64,000 nt of DNA from Minisyncoccota bacterium (GTDB taxonomy: Bacteria; Patescibacteriota; Minisyncoccia; 2-02-FULL-40-12; GWA2-44-9): assembly GCA_030583765.1 (NCBI GenBank), contig CP129474.1:73709-137708 (forward strand), in the 5' to 3' direction. Both the position numbers and the translations under genes were made by a program. The notes under the pieces were generated by a model, which had not been told where the DNA came from, made no database searches, and saw only the letters and a program-made list of their open reading frames with translations. Positions 54,216-62,858 of the stretch are shown one piece after another (positions within the stretch are counted from its first letter, which is position 1; the number at the start of each line of letters is the position of its first letter).

Positions 54216-54770
54216 TTAGCCTCCTTGGCTAGTGATTGTGTAACGTCCACGCAAGGCGCCAAACGTTCGGCTACCTCGCAGAATGTTTGCGAAACTTTGC
54301 TCTGTGATCACGAAAGAAATGAGGTCTTTGCGTGATGCGTGCTGCTGTTCCAGTAATGCGCACCTTCGCAACAGTGCGGCCGCATTTTTATTCTCTTTGC
54401 AGACGTCAAACCTAACGCTTTCTGCTCGAAGATAACGAAATGCGTACTCCACCGCCGCAACCGTTGCAAGGATGCCGTAACCAGCGTGACGGAATTGAGT
54501 ATCAATGAAGACAGAAACGAGAAGCTGAGTGCGGTCGCCATCCTCGTAGATGATCGCCGTCCCGCAAGGTACGCCGGTACCCGTACTGCACAAAAACTGC
54601 TCTTTACGATCGCACTCAAAGTCATGCGCCAATTCTCGTGCGAAGACCTCAGATGAGACGGCGTACTTACGGTGCGTAACAAAACGTACGAAGTCGTCTT
54701 GGTTTCTCCACGCCAGCAGCTGCTCAAAATGCGCCACAGAGACGGGAGACAACGAGATTACAAAACTCAT
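54216..54770 (-). CDS. GNAT-family N-acetyltransferase
   Basis: ...QLLVSVFIDTQFRHAGYGILATVAAVEYAFRYL... is GNAT motif A. Confidence 0.6.
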   Translation of the reverse strand: MSFVISLSPVSVAHFEQLLAWRNQDDFVRFVTHRKYAVSSEVFARELAHDFECDRKEQFLCSTGTGVPCGTAIIYEDGDRTQLLVSVFIDTQFRHAGYGILATVAAVEYAFRYLRAESVRFDVCKENKNAAALLRRCALLEQQHASRKDLISFVITEQSFANILRGSRTFGALRGRYTITSQGG

Positions 54771-54836
54771 ACAAGCCTCCCCTTGGTTTGCATAATACGG
54801 ATGATCACATATACTGTCAACATCATTCCACCCATG

Positions 54837-55523
54837 CAAATCGCCACATCTCAAACACTTCGTGCATTCTTTATCTCTGAGGCTCTCTGGCATCACCAAG
54901 GCCTTATTAAAGACTTCCCATTACCTCTCTTTGTCCGAAAGGCAATGCAGATAAAACGCATGCCTCGCATGCTCCGTGTACTCGTCGCGCACTACGTTCT
55001 CTGGCAGCTCGATAGGAAATATAGGCCATCCGTGCATCGCATGTACGAGCTATTGAATAGCGAAAAAGTCAAAGAGATCATCACCGCAATCGAGTGTAAA
55101 ACCGCAGAACGCTTTCAAGTATCCATTCCTATCAACACATATATTGTAGTAACTCCACACGAATGGGCGCTCTCTTCTGACAATGCCATTTCTCTGGGCA
55201 TCCGCCCCCCAGAGCTTCTTGAGCACTTTTCAACCAATCTTTTACGCCACGAGTTTTTGCATATTGCCTTCGCCTACTGTATGCGCACGTGGAAAAGCGA
55301 AGGGTTCACACTCCGCCATCCTCAAGAGGCCACCGAGGTTGCTATCGCGCTTTTAACTCAAGAATACGAAACGGGTATACCAGAGCTTCACCATTATTCA
55401 CGGACGTTACGTACATTCGCGACAGATAACCACGAGGAGCTCCGACGCCTACGCAACGAGAAACTCAGCCCACGCCAGTTGCTTGCTCACGTTGACGAGC
55501 TTTTTGCACGCTCTACACAATAA
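54837..55523 (+). CDS. Hypothetical protein with an HExxH motif (RHEFLH)
   Basis: ORF with the start set at the internal Met MQIATSQ. It contains HEFLH. Confidence 0.4.
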   Translation, partial: QIATSQTLRAFFISEALWHHQGLIKDFPLPLFVRKAMQIKRMPRMLRVLVAHYVLWQLDRKYRPSVHRMYELLNSEKVKEIITAIECKTAERFQVSIPINTYIVVTPHEWALSSDNAISLGIRPPELLEHFSTNLLRHEFLHIAFAYCMRTWKSEGFTLRHPQEATEVAIALLTQEYETGIPELHHYSRTLRTFATDNHEELRRLRNEKLSPRQLLAHVDELFARSTQ

Positions 55524-55550
55524 AAAATCCCAGAGTGAAAGAGAGATGCG

Positions 55551-55919
55551 CTATTGTTCGTCAGGGATAAATTCCATGGAAAGGGAGTTCACGCAGTGGC
55601 GGATGTTCTTTGGGGTGAGCTGTTCGCCTTCAAACACGTGTCCTAAGTGCCCGCCGCAACGCGTGCAGGTGATTTCTGTGCGCACACCATCAGCATCACG
55701 CGTGCGCGTCACCGCTCCCGCGATTGCATCATCAAAACTAGGCCAGCCGCACCCGGAATCAAACTTTGCTTCGGAATGGTACAGCGGCGCTCCACATTGC
55801 CGGCAAACATAGGTCCCCCGTGCCGTAGTGTGCACGTAGGCACCAGAAAACGGCGCCTCGGTTCCCTTTTCGAGAATGACGTGCTTCTCCTCTTCAGTAA
55901 GTGGTTTTCGTGCTACATC
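55551..55919 (-). CDS. msrB: Peptide-methionine (R)-S-oxide reductase MsrB
   Basis: ...[26 protein letters not shown]...[12 protein letters not shown]... is SelR with two CxxC motifs and a catalytic Cys. Confidence 0.88.
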   Translation of the reverse strand, partial: DVARKPLTEEEKHVILEKGTEAPFSGAYVHTTARGTYVCRQCGAPLYHSEAKFDSGCGWPSFDDAIAGAVTRTRDADGVRTEITCTRCGGHLGHVFEGEQLTPKNIRHCVNSLSMEFIPDEQ

Positions 55920-56329
55920 CATGTTCGTTTTAATGCCGCGATGATCCACAGCGCAGTTACCGATGTCAGCGCCGTTACCACAACACCCCAGAGGATATCA
56001 ACCACGGTGATCACGAGTGGCCATTTGGCAATGGTTGCATGATTAGTGAGATCGTAGGCTCCGTAGGCAGCAAGCCCCAAGAGGGCACCCCGCCACAACA
56101 CTTCACCCCACGAACCACTCGCCACAGCAGGCGCTACCACAAGGCCGTAGACAGCAAGGGCATAGAGCGGGTAGAAAAGCACAACGGGAGCGAGGTTGAT
56201 TGTTTTCTGGAACAAGAAGCCCATGCGCTCTGCATAGAATCCTTTTGCAATCACCATCAACCAGAGCGCATCGAACACTGCGAGTGGCACGAGCGTAGCA
56301 AGATAGGCAAGGAATGAGTTCATGCGCAC
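55913..56329 (-). CDS. DUF2177-family membrane protein
   Basis: Four TM helices. ...[17 protein letters not shown]... is typical of DUF2177. Confidence 0.55.
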   Translation of the reverse strand: MRMNSFLAYLATLVPLAVFDALWLMVIAKGFYAERMGFLFQKTINLAPVVLFYPLYALAVYGLVVAPAVASGSWGEVLWRGALLGLAAYGAYDLTNHATIAKWPLVITVVDILWGVVVTALTSVTALWIIAALKRTWM

Positions 56330-56441
56330 AGTATACTACATGCCGTGCCTCGCACAGAAGCACGGGCAAAAATTCCTTCCCCCCACACCCCCCCCTTCCG
56401 CCGTGTTCTTGCGGGGACGGACGGAAATTTTGGCGGCGGCA

Positions 56442-58304
56442 TTATGAATTGCTAAAGCCCGTCGCTATCTTATCAAATATTACTTCAAAATTTTTGATAG
56501 TATCCTGCGACAAAGTAATTTTGGATTTATCAGTTTTGACTTTCTCAAAAAACTTTTTGGAAAGGAGTACCTTATCTATTTTTTGATCTTTCAAAAATTT
56601 TGAATTAGCGACGGCTTTATCCTTACTCTTTCCATCATCAAGAACAAAATTGTTGAAATCGTCATGGGTGAACAAATCCTCTATCGAATTTCCATCTTGG
56701 TCAGAAACTGGAATTATTTTATTCTCTGGAACCGCTAATTTTTCCGCAAGCTCTTTCGCGATTCTCTTACCTTCGGCATCATTATCTAAAACCGCTAAAA
56801 ACTCCAAATCCCAACCCAAAAGCAAAGATGCTATCTGTGGCGCCTTCGGCGCACCAACACACGGGATAAGATTTGCATTAGTTGTTTTTCCCTTCGTCAT
56901 AAATTCTTTGAGGGCTTGCAGAAAATAGTAATCCGAAATTCCCTCAAGTAAAACATTGTGCTTTCCGGCGATTGAAAAATCTTGCGTCAAATCAAGGCCG
57001 ATTGCTGTAATAATCGGAGTCAGTGTTTCGTTATCAGCGTTTTTATGGATTTTATTCTCAACTTTTGTTCCGTTGGCATCGTCCTTAATAACGAGACGTA
57101 CTCTATCTAAACGTTGAGCGTCAATGAGATACGGGGAATGTGTGCTAAAAATAACTTGCGACTCCTTTGCAATTTCTTCAAAAACTTTCAAAACATCTTT
57201 TTGCGCTTTCGCGTGGAGATAAAGTCCGGGCTCGTCAATTAAGATTATATTCGTTTCGTCTTTTTCCGCATTGAGTCGCAGGTAGAATGATAAAAACCAT
57301 TGAAAGCCCTTACTTCTCTGCTCTGGTTTGAAAAGCATCGTTTTTCCGGCCTCTCTAACTCCAAGACGCAACTTGTCTCCGTCGGCCTCTGCGACTAAAT
57401 CAAGTTGATTTTGGCCCCAATATCCCATAAAGTCGCCGGTGATACTGGCAGAATGTTTACTTAATAGATTTCGCCGTAATTGAGTATTAGTGGTTTTTAC
57501 TACGTCGTCTAAGCTTAAACCGGCGACTTTCGCAAAATCACTCACGGGTTTATTGTTTTTTGCTTCAGCAAGCGGAAGTTCAAAAGGCAAAATATCGAGA
57601 AAGTCACTGAAGAATATAAAATTTGGAATATATGCTTGGATTTCTTCAAGAAAAACATCTGAAGCGGTCGGGCTTTGTAATGTGCCATTTTCGGCAGTAA
57701 TTGTCGCAATAATTGAATCAGCCTGACTTTTCTTTTCGGTTTCAGTAATTGCGGCTGCCTTTGCTGTTGCTTGAGCGACAAATTGCGTCAACGCATTTTT
57801 TATTTCTTCAATAGAACCGGATATTTTAGGATCGACAAGATCGGTCAATCCGTCTATCTTTTTTAATTTGTCTAACGAAGTTTTTATCTTTGTAATAATT
57901 TGAGCATTCTTGTCGCTTACCGATTTATCAAGCAATTTTTCGAGTGCTTCATCGGATAAATCATAACTTCCGTCAAAATACTTAAAAATCGCTACACCAT
58001 TTTTTGCGATGTGCTCGCGTGTGGCTTTATCAATAGTTATACTTTTTTCTTGTGCAATAGCATCAAGGGTTGCCTTATCGGCATCAAAGACCAATTCAAT
58101 CATTGGTTCCCCACTTTGATCAAGTGGTAACGCCTCATCGGATATTTTCTCAATGTTGGTATCAAAATCTCGCAACGCTTCCAAAATTCCGCTTTTCCCG
58201 GACTCATTCTTCCCAGCAAGTGTTGTTACGTCAGAAGCAAGCCAGCAATAGCCGGAATCTTTAATTGATTTGTATTCTGTTACGCGGAATTTTATAAGTT
58301 TCAT
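56442..58304 (-). CDS. Class-1 OLD-family nuclease: N-terminal ABC-type ATPase fused to a C-terminal Toprim domain
   Basis: Walker A GKNESGKSGILEAL, signature-like QRSKGFQWF, Walker B IILIDEPGLYLH, H-loop IFSTHSP. Toprim motifs VLLEGISDYYFL (Glu) and AVLDNDAEGK (DxD). Confidence 0.75.
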   Translation of the reverse strand: MKLIKFRVTEYKSIKDSGYCWLASDVTTLAGKNESGKSGILEALRDFDTNIEKISDEALPLDQSGEPMIELVFDADKATLDAIAQEKSITIDKATREHIAKNGVAIFKYFDGSYDLSDEALEKLLDKSVSDKNAQIITKIKTSLDKLKKIDGLTDLVDPKISGSIEEIKNALTQFVAQATAKAAAITETEKKSQADSIIATITAENGTLQSPTASDVFLEEIQAYIPNFIFFSDFLDILPFELPLAEAKNNKPVSDFAKVAGLSLDDVVKTTNTQLRRNLLSKHSASITGDFMGYWGQNQLDLVAEADGDKLRLGVREAGKTMLFKPEQRSKGFQWFLSFYLRLNAEKDETNIILIDEPGLYLHAKAQKDVLKVFEEIAKESQVIFSTHSPYLIDAQRLDRVRLVIKDDANGTKVENKIHKNADNETLTPIITAIGLDLTQDFSIAGKHNVLLEGISDYYFLQALKEFMTKGKTTNANLIPCVGAPKAPQIASLLLGWDLEFLAVLDNDAEGKRIAKELAEKLAVPENKIIPVSDQDGNSIEDLFTHDDFNNFVLDDGKSKDKAVANSKFLKDQKIDKVLLSKKFFEKVKTDKSKITLSQDTIKNFEVIFDKIATGFSNS

Positions 58305-58307
58305 AAT

Positions 58308-58952
58308 TTAACTCGCAATTTCAAAAATCTTTTTCACTAACCCCGTTCGCGCGTAAAACGCGCGAGTAATGGGACGGCGTTCTCCTGTCCGCGGGTTCAC
58401 GCCACCGATTCCTTTTGTTCGCGCCTGTATCCACTTTCCGTCTTTACCAGTAAGCGCGGTAAACCCGTGTTTGATAAGTTTTGCGCGGATAAAATCATAA
58501 TCGGCCTTTATTTCCTGTATCAATTCGTCATCCTCGGCAAAATCCAAACTCGCTACCCGCAAAAGTTTTGATCCTTTGGCGTTTAAGCCGTCCCATTGCA
58601 CCGCGCAAAACACAATGGTTTTGAGTTTTGCCCAAACATGGCTTTCAAAAAACGAATGGGCTTTCAATTCTTCAGAATTTATCATTGTAATCGCCATTGT
58701 TTCTTTGGGCACGAGAATTTCTTTCATCTCGTGAAAAGCAACAGATTTTAATTCGTAAGTAAGCCCATTTGGTGCTTTTGATACGTTTGTTTGAAGTCCT
58801 GCCAACCGCTCCAAAACAAGGCCTTTCCAGCCCTTGTTTTGCTTGCCATTCAGATAAGGATTGATTCCAAATTGAGGCGCAAGCTCGGCAAGGTCTTTAC
58901 CGATATACTTTTTCAGATTTTTTATGGCGGTTGCGCGGGTTACGATTTTCAT
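58308..58952 (-). CDS. MutH/Sau3AI-family type II restriction endonuclease, probably GATC-specific
   Basis: ...NKGWKGLVLERLAGLQTNVSKAPNGLTYELKSV... parallels MutH (KGWVGQLLE...ELGVELKTIP). Confidence 0.65.
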   Translation of the reverse strand: MKIVTRATAIKNLKKYIGKDLAELAPQFGINPYLNGKQNKGWKGLVLERLAGLQTNVSKAPNGLTYELKSVAFHEMKEILVPKETMAITMINSEELKAHSFFESHVWAKLKTIVFCAVQWDGLNAKGSKLLRVASLDFAEDDELIQEIKADYDFIRAKLIKHGFTALTGKDGKWIQARTKGIGGVNPRTGERRPITRAFYARTGLVKKIFEIAS

Positions 58953-59761
58953 ACTTTTGATTTCTTATTTTTCATATTTCGATCCAAATCCTCAAATCGC
59001 TTTATTGATACATCCAAAAACTTTTTGTCCAAATCAATTCCGATAAATTTTCTGCCGAACAAATGCGCGGCAATTCCCGTTGTTGAACTTCCGGTAAACG
59101 GATCAAGAACAATGTCACCTTTGTTCGTGCTTGAAAGGACAACTCGTTTTAGCAAATCTTCCGGTTTTTGCGTTGGATGTTTGCCGTACTTTTTTTCAAT
59201 CGCTTTTGGTGTTCCCATAGACCAAACCGAACGCATTTGAAGTCCGGGCTTTTTCAACGCGTCCTCCGGCCAAGTGCCATTTTTCATCAAGTCGTAATTG
59301 AAAATATGTTTTGCTTTTTTATCTTTTCTTGCCCAAATAAGCGTTTCATGGCTTGCGGTGAAAAAACGGCAACTCAAATTCGGTGATGCGTTCGGTTTGA
59401 ACCACGCAATATCATTGAGAACATGAAAACCCGCAACTTGGAGAGCAAAGCCGCATTGGTAAATGGAGTGATAAGTCCCACTAATCCAAATCGTGCCGTG
59501 CGGCTTCAGCACTCGTTTGACGGCTTGCACCCATTCAAGATGAAATTCAAAATCTTTTTTTAGTCCGTTGCTTTTGTCCCATTCTCCCTTGTTTACGCTC
59601 ACACGCCGTCCGGCGTGAACGGTGAACCCGCCGTTTGAGAGAAGATAAGGCGGATCAGCAAAAACCATATCAATTGAATTTTCGGGGATGTCAGCGAGAA
59701 TATCCAGACAATTTGCTTGGTATAAAACGAAGTCGTCTTTTTGATAATAGGGTTTTTGCAT
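58949..59761 (-). CDS. Beta-class DNA methyltransferase with a DPPY motif (N6-adenine or N4-cytosine; DpnA/M.MboI-like)
   Basis: Motif IV VFADPPY near the N-terminus and motif I ...VLDPFTGSSTTGIAA... near the C-terminus give the beta-class order. Confidence 0.8.
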   Translation of the reverse strand: MQKPYYQKDDFVLYQANCLDILADIPENSIDMVFADPPYLLSNGGFTVHAGRRVSVNKGEWDKSNGLKKDFEFHLEWVQAVKRVLKPHGTIWISGTYHSIYQCGFALQVAGFHVLNDIAWFKPNASPNLSCRFFTASHETLIWARKDKKAKHIFNYDLMKNGTWPEDALKKPGLQMRSVWSMGTPKAIEKKYGKHPTQKPEDLLKRVVLSSTNKGDIVLDPFTGSSTTGIAAHLFGRKFIGIDLDKKFLDVSIKRFEDLDRNMKNKKSKV

Positions 59762-59763
59762 AA

Positions 59764-60423
59764 CTATTTTCCTCTCTCTATATCAGCTTGCATCTGCAGC
59801 CATGCGTCACCAGCCCCCTCCATGGCCTCAGACTCCCCTTCGTCCATCCTTCGTCGTCGATCGTCTAAAATTTCATCTTCATACTCAAAATATAACGTAC
59901 CTTGCGGTCTCCGCTTATATCCCAATAAATCACGAGCCATATTTGATAGAAAATCAATCTTATCTCCGATTTTTATTTTGTCGCCCTCTACTACTTCAGC
60001 AACTATGTTGGAATCTCTTGTAAAAGTGAGTTTCGATCCAATAGGTATCCCGTATTTCCCAAAATGAAATTTTGAGCGCCTTGTCTTTACTTCGTCGACC
60101 TCCTTCTCTTGCTCTTGGGTTAAGCCACTGTCAATACTAACTTCTCTAATTTCTGCTCGCTTTAATGCAAGTGCCGCATATTCTGGATTCATTTTAAAAA
60201 ACTCTCGGTTAACTCGCGCACGACGGTCTGCGAAAATAGAGTGAAGCCATTTTTCCTCTCTTTCAGCGTCTTCAACGGTTGCCGCGTAATAGACCTCAAA
60301 AGGAAGCGGCACACCTGTCCGATCTAGCTGCCTTAGTCTTTCCTTAACATCGCCATGAGTAAACCCTATTTTTATATACTCGGGCATTGCTTCGTTTTTT
60401 AAAATATAAACGATTTGGCTCAT
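59764..60423 (-). CDS. T5orf172 / GIY-YIG-like domain protein
   Basis: IVYILKNEAMPEYIKIGFTHGDVKERLRQLDRTGVPLPFEVYY... is the T5orf172 (Mug113-like) pattern. It is the first gene of the AT-rich operon. Confidence 0.55.
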   Translation of the reverse strand: MSQIVYILKNEAMPEYIKIGFTHGDVKERLRQLDRTGVPLPFEVYYAATVEDAEREEKWLHSIFADRRARVNREFFKMNPEYAALALKRAEIREVSIDSGLTQEQEKEVDEVKTRRSKFHFGKYGIPIGSKLTFTRDSNIVAEVVEGDKIKIGDKIDFLSNMARDLLGYKRRPQGTLYFEYEDEILDDRRRRMDEGESEAMEGAGDAWLQMQADIERGK

Positions 60424-60498
60424 AGATAACTAGACACATAGCTTTTCTGCCATTATCCTCTCAAAAACACACAAGAAAGGCAATCGGGGATTGGCCGC

Positions 60499-62052
60499 CT
60501 ATTCATCATACACCTCTTGGATGTTGGACTCCCAAAGGCGCAGCTGGCCGCCAACAGAGCGGACGGTCCAGGAACCAACGAAAGAGCGGTAGACAATGTC
60601 GCCGTCAATAAGGTCTGTTGATTCTAGCTCTACGAATACGCGGGAATGGTTCTTCGGATCAGCGGTTATGTGGTAAACGGCGGTTTGGAGCTGTGTTTCA
60701 AATCCCACAACCCAATCTGCATAGGTAACCCTGCCGATAAAATGCGAAGAGAGTAAGGCGAATGCCGCTTCGTAGTTGCGCGCACTGATGTAGTGGTAAT
60801 AGGCACGGACCGTATCAATGGGCGATGCGTTGGGGTTAATGTCTTTGTCGGGATTATCCCACGGCACACTCGTGCCAATGCGCAATGATTCATCCACCCA
60901 CTCCCGCGCAATATCAGTACTGATGCCGATGCTCAAACTTTCACCACCTGCGGCGTTAATGCCCACCACCCTGCCGCAAAAAGTAATCATCGGGCCGCCA
61001 CTCATGCCCTCGACAAGGCCGCCATCTGTTTGCAGGTAGTGCCGCTCGCCTGCCTTATTGCCACGAAATGCACTAATCGTAGCACGGTTTACGGTAACCT
61101 CTCCGTTCAGCGAACCGCCGTAAGGGTAGCCGAGAATAAACAGCTGTTGGCCCAATTGCGCATTCTGCCAGGCTTCCCACGGGAGGGGGCGCATGTTCCG
61201 TTCCACGGAAATGAGCGCTAAATCCAATCCTGGATGGCCATCCACAATGATGCCTGCTTCAAATGATCCGTCTGCATATACTATTTTGGGGCTTGGTTCG
61301 CCATCAATGACGTGATAGTTGGTGAGGATGAAATGCTCTTTTACAGCAAAGCCACTTCCCTCTCCAAAGGCTCCGATGATGCGTACAACGGAAGGGCCTG
61401 CTTCCGCAATGGTGTCTTGCGCACTGCATTGTAATGCCTCTCTCCCGCCAAGAGCGCGCTCAATGTCTGCAAGTCTCTCAAGTGTTGTGTACGCGAGCCA
61501 TGCGCCTGCCACTAGCATCAATAGTACGATAGCTGACACGATGCGGAGCAAGATGATTGGGCGCGGAAGCCACTTTCGTTGCATGAGACGCTCTAAAAAT
61601 GCATCACCACCATAGTCAGCAAATAATTTAAAGCCAAACGGCGTGAGAAAGCCAAACATAAACCAAGCCGTGGAGAAAATGAGTGCCGTAGTAATATTTA
61701 AAAGCACATAGCGCCATTGGGGCGTTTCGGGATAGTCAATGAATGAAAGTGCTAGCAGGCCCGCAAAGCCACAGAGCATGCCTAGGAGAAGGAGCGGTCT
61801 CTGTTTTCGGCTCAACGACTCGGACCATTCATATTCCTCTCCAACGCGGTATCCCTGTATCACAAGGCCGGCCGTACATATAAGAAAAGGGACGCCAACG
61901 GACAAGAAGTCCTCTAATCCCGTACGCTCATTATCTGAGAAAATAATGATGACGACGAGTAAAAGAGTATAAAAGACCGCCATGCGGATGTCCCATGACG
62001 TTGCGAGCCAGCGAGAGCGCGTTTCACGCAATTTCTGTATAAATGGATGCAT
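60499..62052 (-). CDS. Polytopic membrane-anchored trypsin-like (S1/HtrA-type) serine protease with a C-terminal extension
   Basis: Five or six N-terminal TM helices. ...GFAVKEHFILTNYHV... is the His region. ...GLDLALISV... is the Asp region. ...GMSGGPMI... is the Ser region. Confidence 0.7.
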   Translation of the reverse strand: MHPFIQKLRETRSRWLATSWDIRMAVFYTLLLVVIIIFSDNERTGLEDFLSVGVPFLICTAGLVIQGYRVGEEYEWSESLSRKQRPLLLLGMLCGFAGLLALSFIDYPETPQWRYVLLNITTALIFSTAWFMFGFLTPFGFKLFADYGGDAFLERLMQRKWLPRPIILLRIVSAIVLLMLVAGAWLAYTTLERLADIERALGGREALQCSAQDTIAEAGPSVVRIIGAFGEGSGFAVKEHFILTNYHVIDGEPSPKIVYADGSFEAGIIVDGHPGLDLALISVERNMRPLPWEAWQNAQLGQQLFILGYPYGGSLNGEVTVNRATISAFRGNKAGERHYLQTDGGLVEGMSGGPMITFCGRVVGINAAGGESLSIGISTDIAREWVDESLRIGTSVPWDNPDKDINPNASPIDTVRAYYHYISARNYEAAFALLSSHFIGRVTYADWVVGFETQLQTAVYHITADPKNHSRVFVELESTDLIDGDIVYRSFVGSWTVRSVGGQLRLWESNIQEVYDE

Positions 62053-62103
62053 ACCCTCTGTTATGCATACGTTATACGCGCAAACGCCGAAAGAAGAAAG
62101 GGG

Positions 62104-62523
62104 CTATTTCTTTGTTATTTTAATCTTCGCTTTTTTGTTCAGCTCAGCTAGGCGACCTAATGAAAAAGATTTCTGCTTCTCTCTAAACAACAGCGCAACT
62201 TCGCCATTATATTTTTCTTTAAAATCTCCGTCTGGCTGTAGTTGTAATACTAAAAGCAAAAGATCTTTTGGAGATTTTTTCGTTAATTGGATGGAACCAT
62301 GTTGTGTTGTTTTTATCTGAACATCGTACTTACCCCATTCTGCGTCTATATATGGATTACCGGGGCGATGGAGCGTGAGACCATATTGCCATTGTGCCCA
62401 CACCTCCCCCGAACTCCCGATCGCAAACCCATCAAGAGTAAAGGGCCTGCCGGTATCTCGGGTAAGCTCGGAGCATATATCTAGTAATTGTTTGAGTAAC
62501 TTTTTATATTGAAGGGCTTTCAT
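62104..62523 (-). CDS. Hypothetical protein (about 140 aa from the internal Met) in an AT-rich segment
   Basis: ORF 62104..62616. An internal start, MKALQYKK, avoids a long overlap. Composition is AT-rich relative to the neighbours. Confidence 0.4.
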   Translation of the reverse strand: MKALQYKKLLKQLLDICSELTRDTGRPFTLDGFAIGSSGEVWAQWQYGLTLHRPGNPYIDAEWGKYDVQIKTTQHGSIQLTKKSPKDLLLLVLQLQPDGDFKEKYNGEVALLFREKQKSFSLGRLAELNKKAKIKITKK

Positions 62524-62848
62524 GTGTGATCGCTTCAATGCGTTCGTCACAACGGGCGACGATGTCGTCTTTCTGGGCTTCGTAGGCTTGTTGGGCGATG
62601 GATTCGTATTCCTCAAGCGCTTCGTTCACGAAGCCTGCAGAGAAGAGGATCTCGGCACGTTGCAGATCCGCCTCCCACCGTGCTTCGTCGGAAAGGGCTT
62701 CACGCGCAGTCCACCACTCTTGAATGCACTGTTTGGTGCGCTCCCCTGCAAGGCCTTCGGTGCGGAGGGCTTCTCCTAAACGTTCTGCAAGGGTAAGTTC
62801 TTTTTCTTTGCGTTCTGGTGCGGGCGTTGATGGGTTTTCGAATGACAT
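62504..62848 (-). CDS. Hypothetical acidic helical protein
   Basis: ORF with no recognisable family. Confidence 0.4.
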   Translation of the reverse strand: MSFENPSTPAPERKEKELTLAERLGEALRTEGLAGERTKQCIQEWWTAREALSDEARWEADLQRAEILFSAGFVNEALEEYESIAQQAYEAQKDDIVARCDERIEAITHESPSI

Positions 62849-62858
62849 AGATAGGCTT

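Larger units (their letters stand above)
56330..60500 (-). other. AT-richer, tightly packed four-gene block; probably a horizontally acquired defence island (restriction-modification plus OLD)
   Basis: Base composition is visibly lower in GC than the flanking DUF2177 and protease genes. Gene gaps or overlaps are at most 4 nt. Confidence 0.6.
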
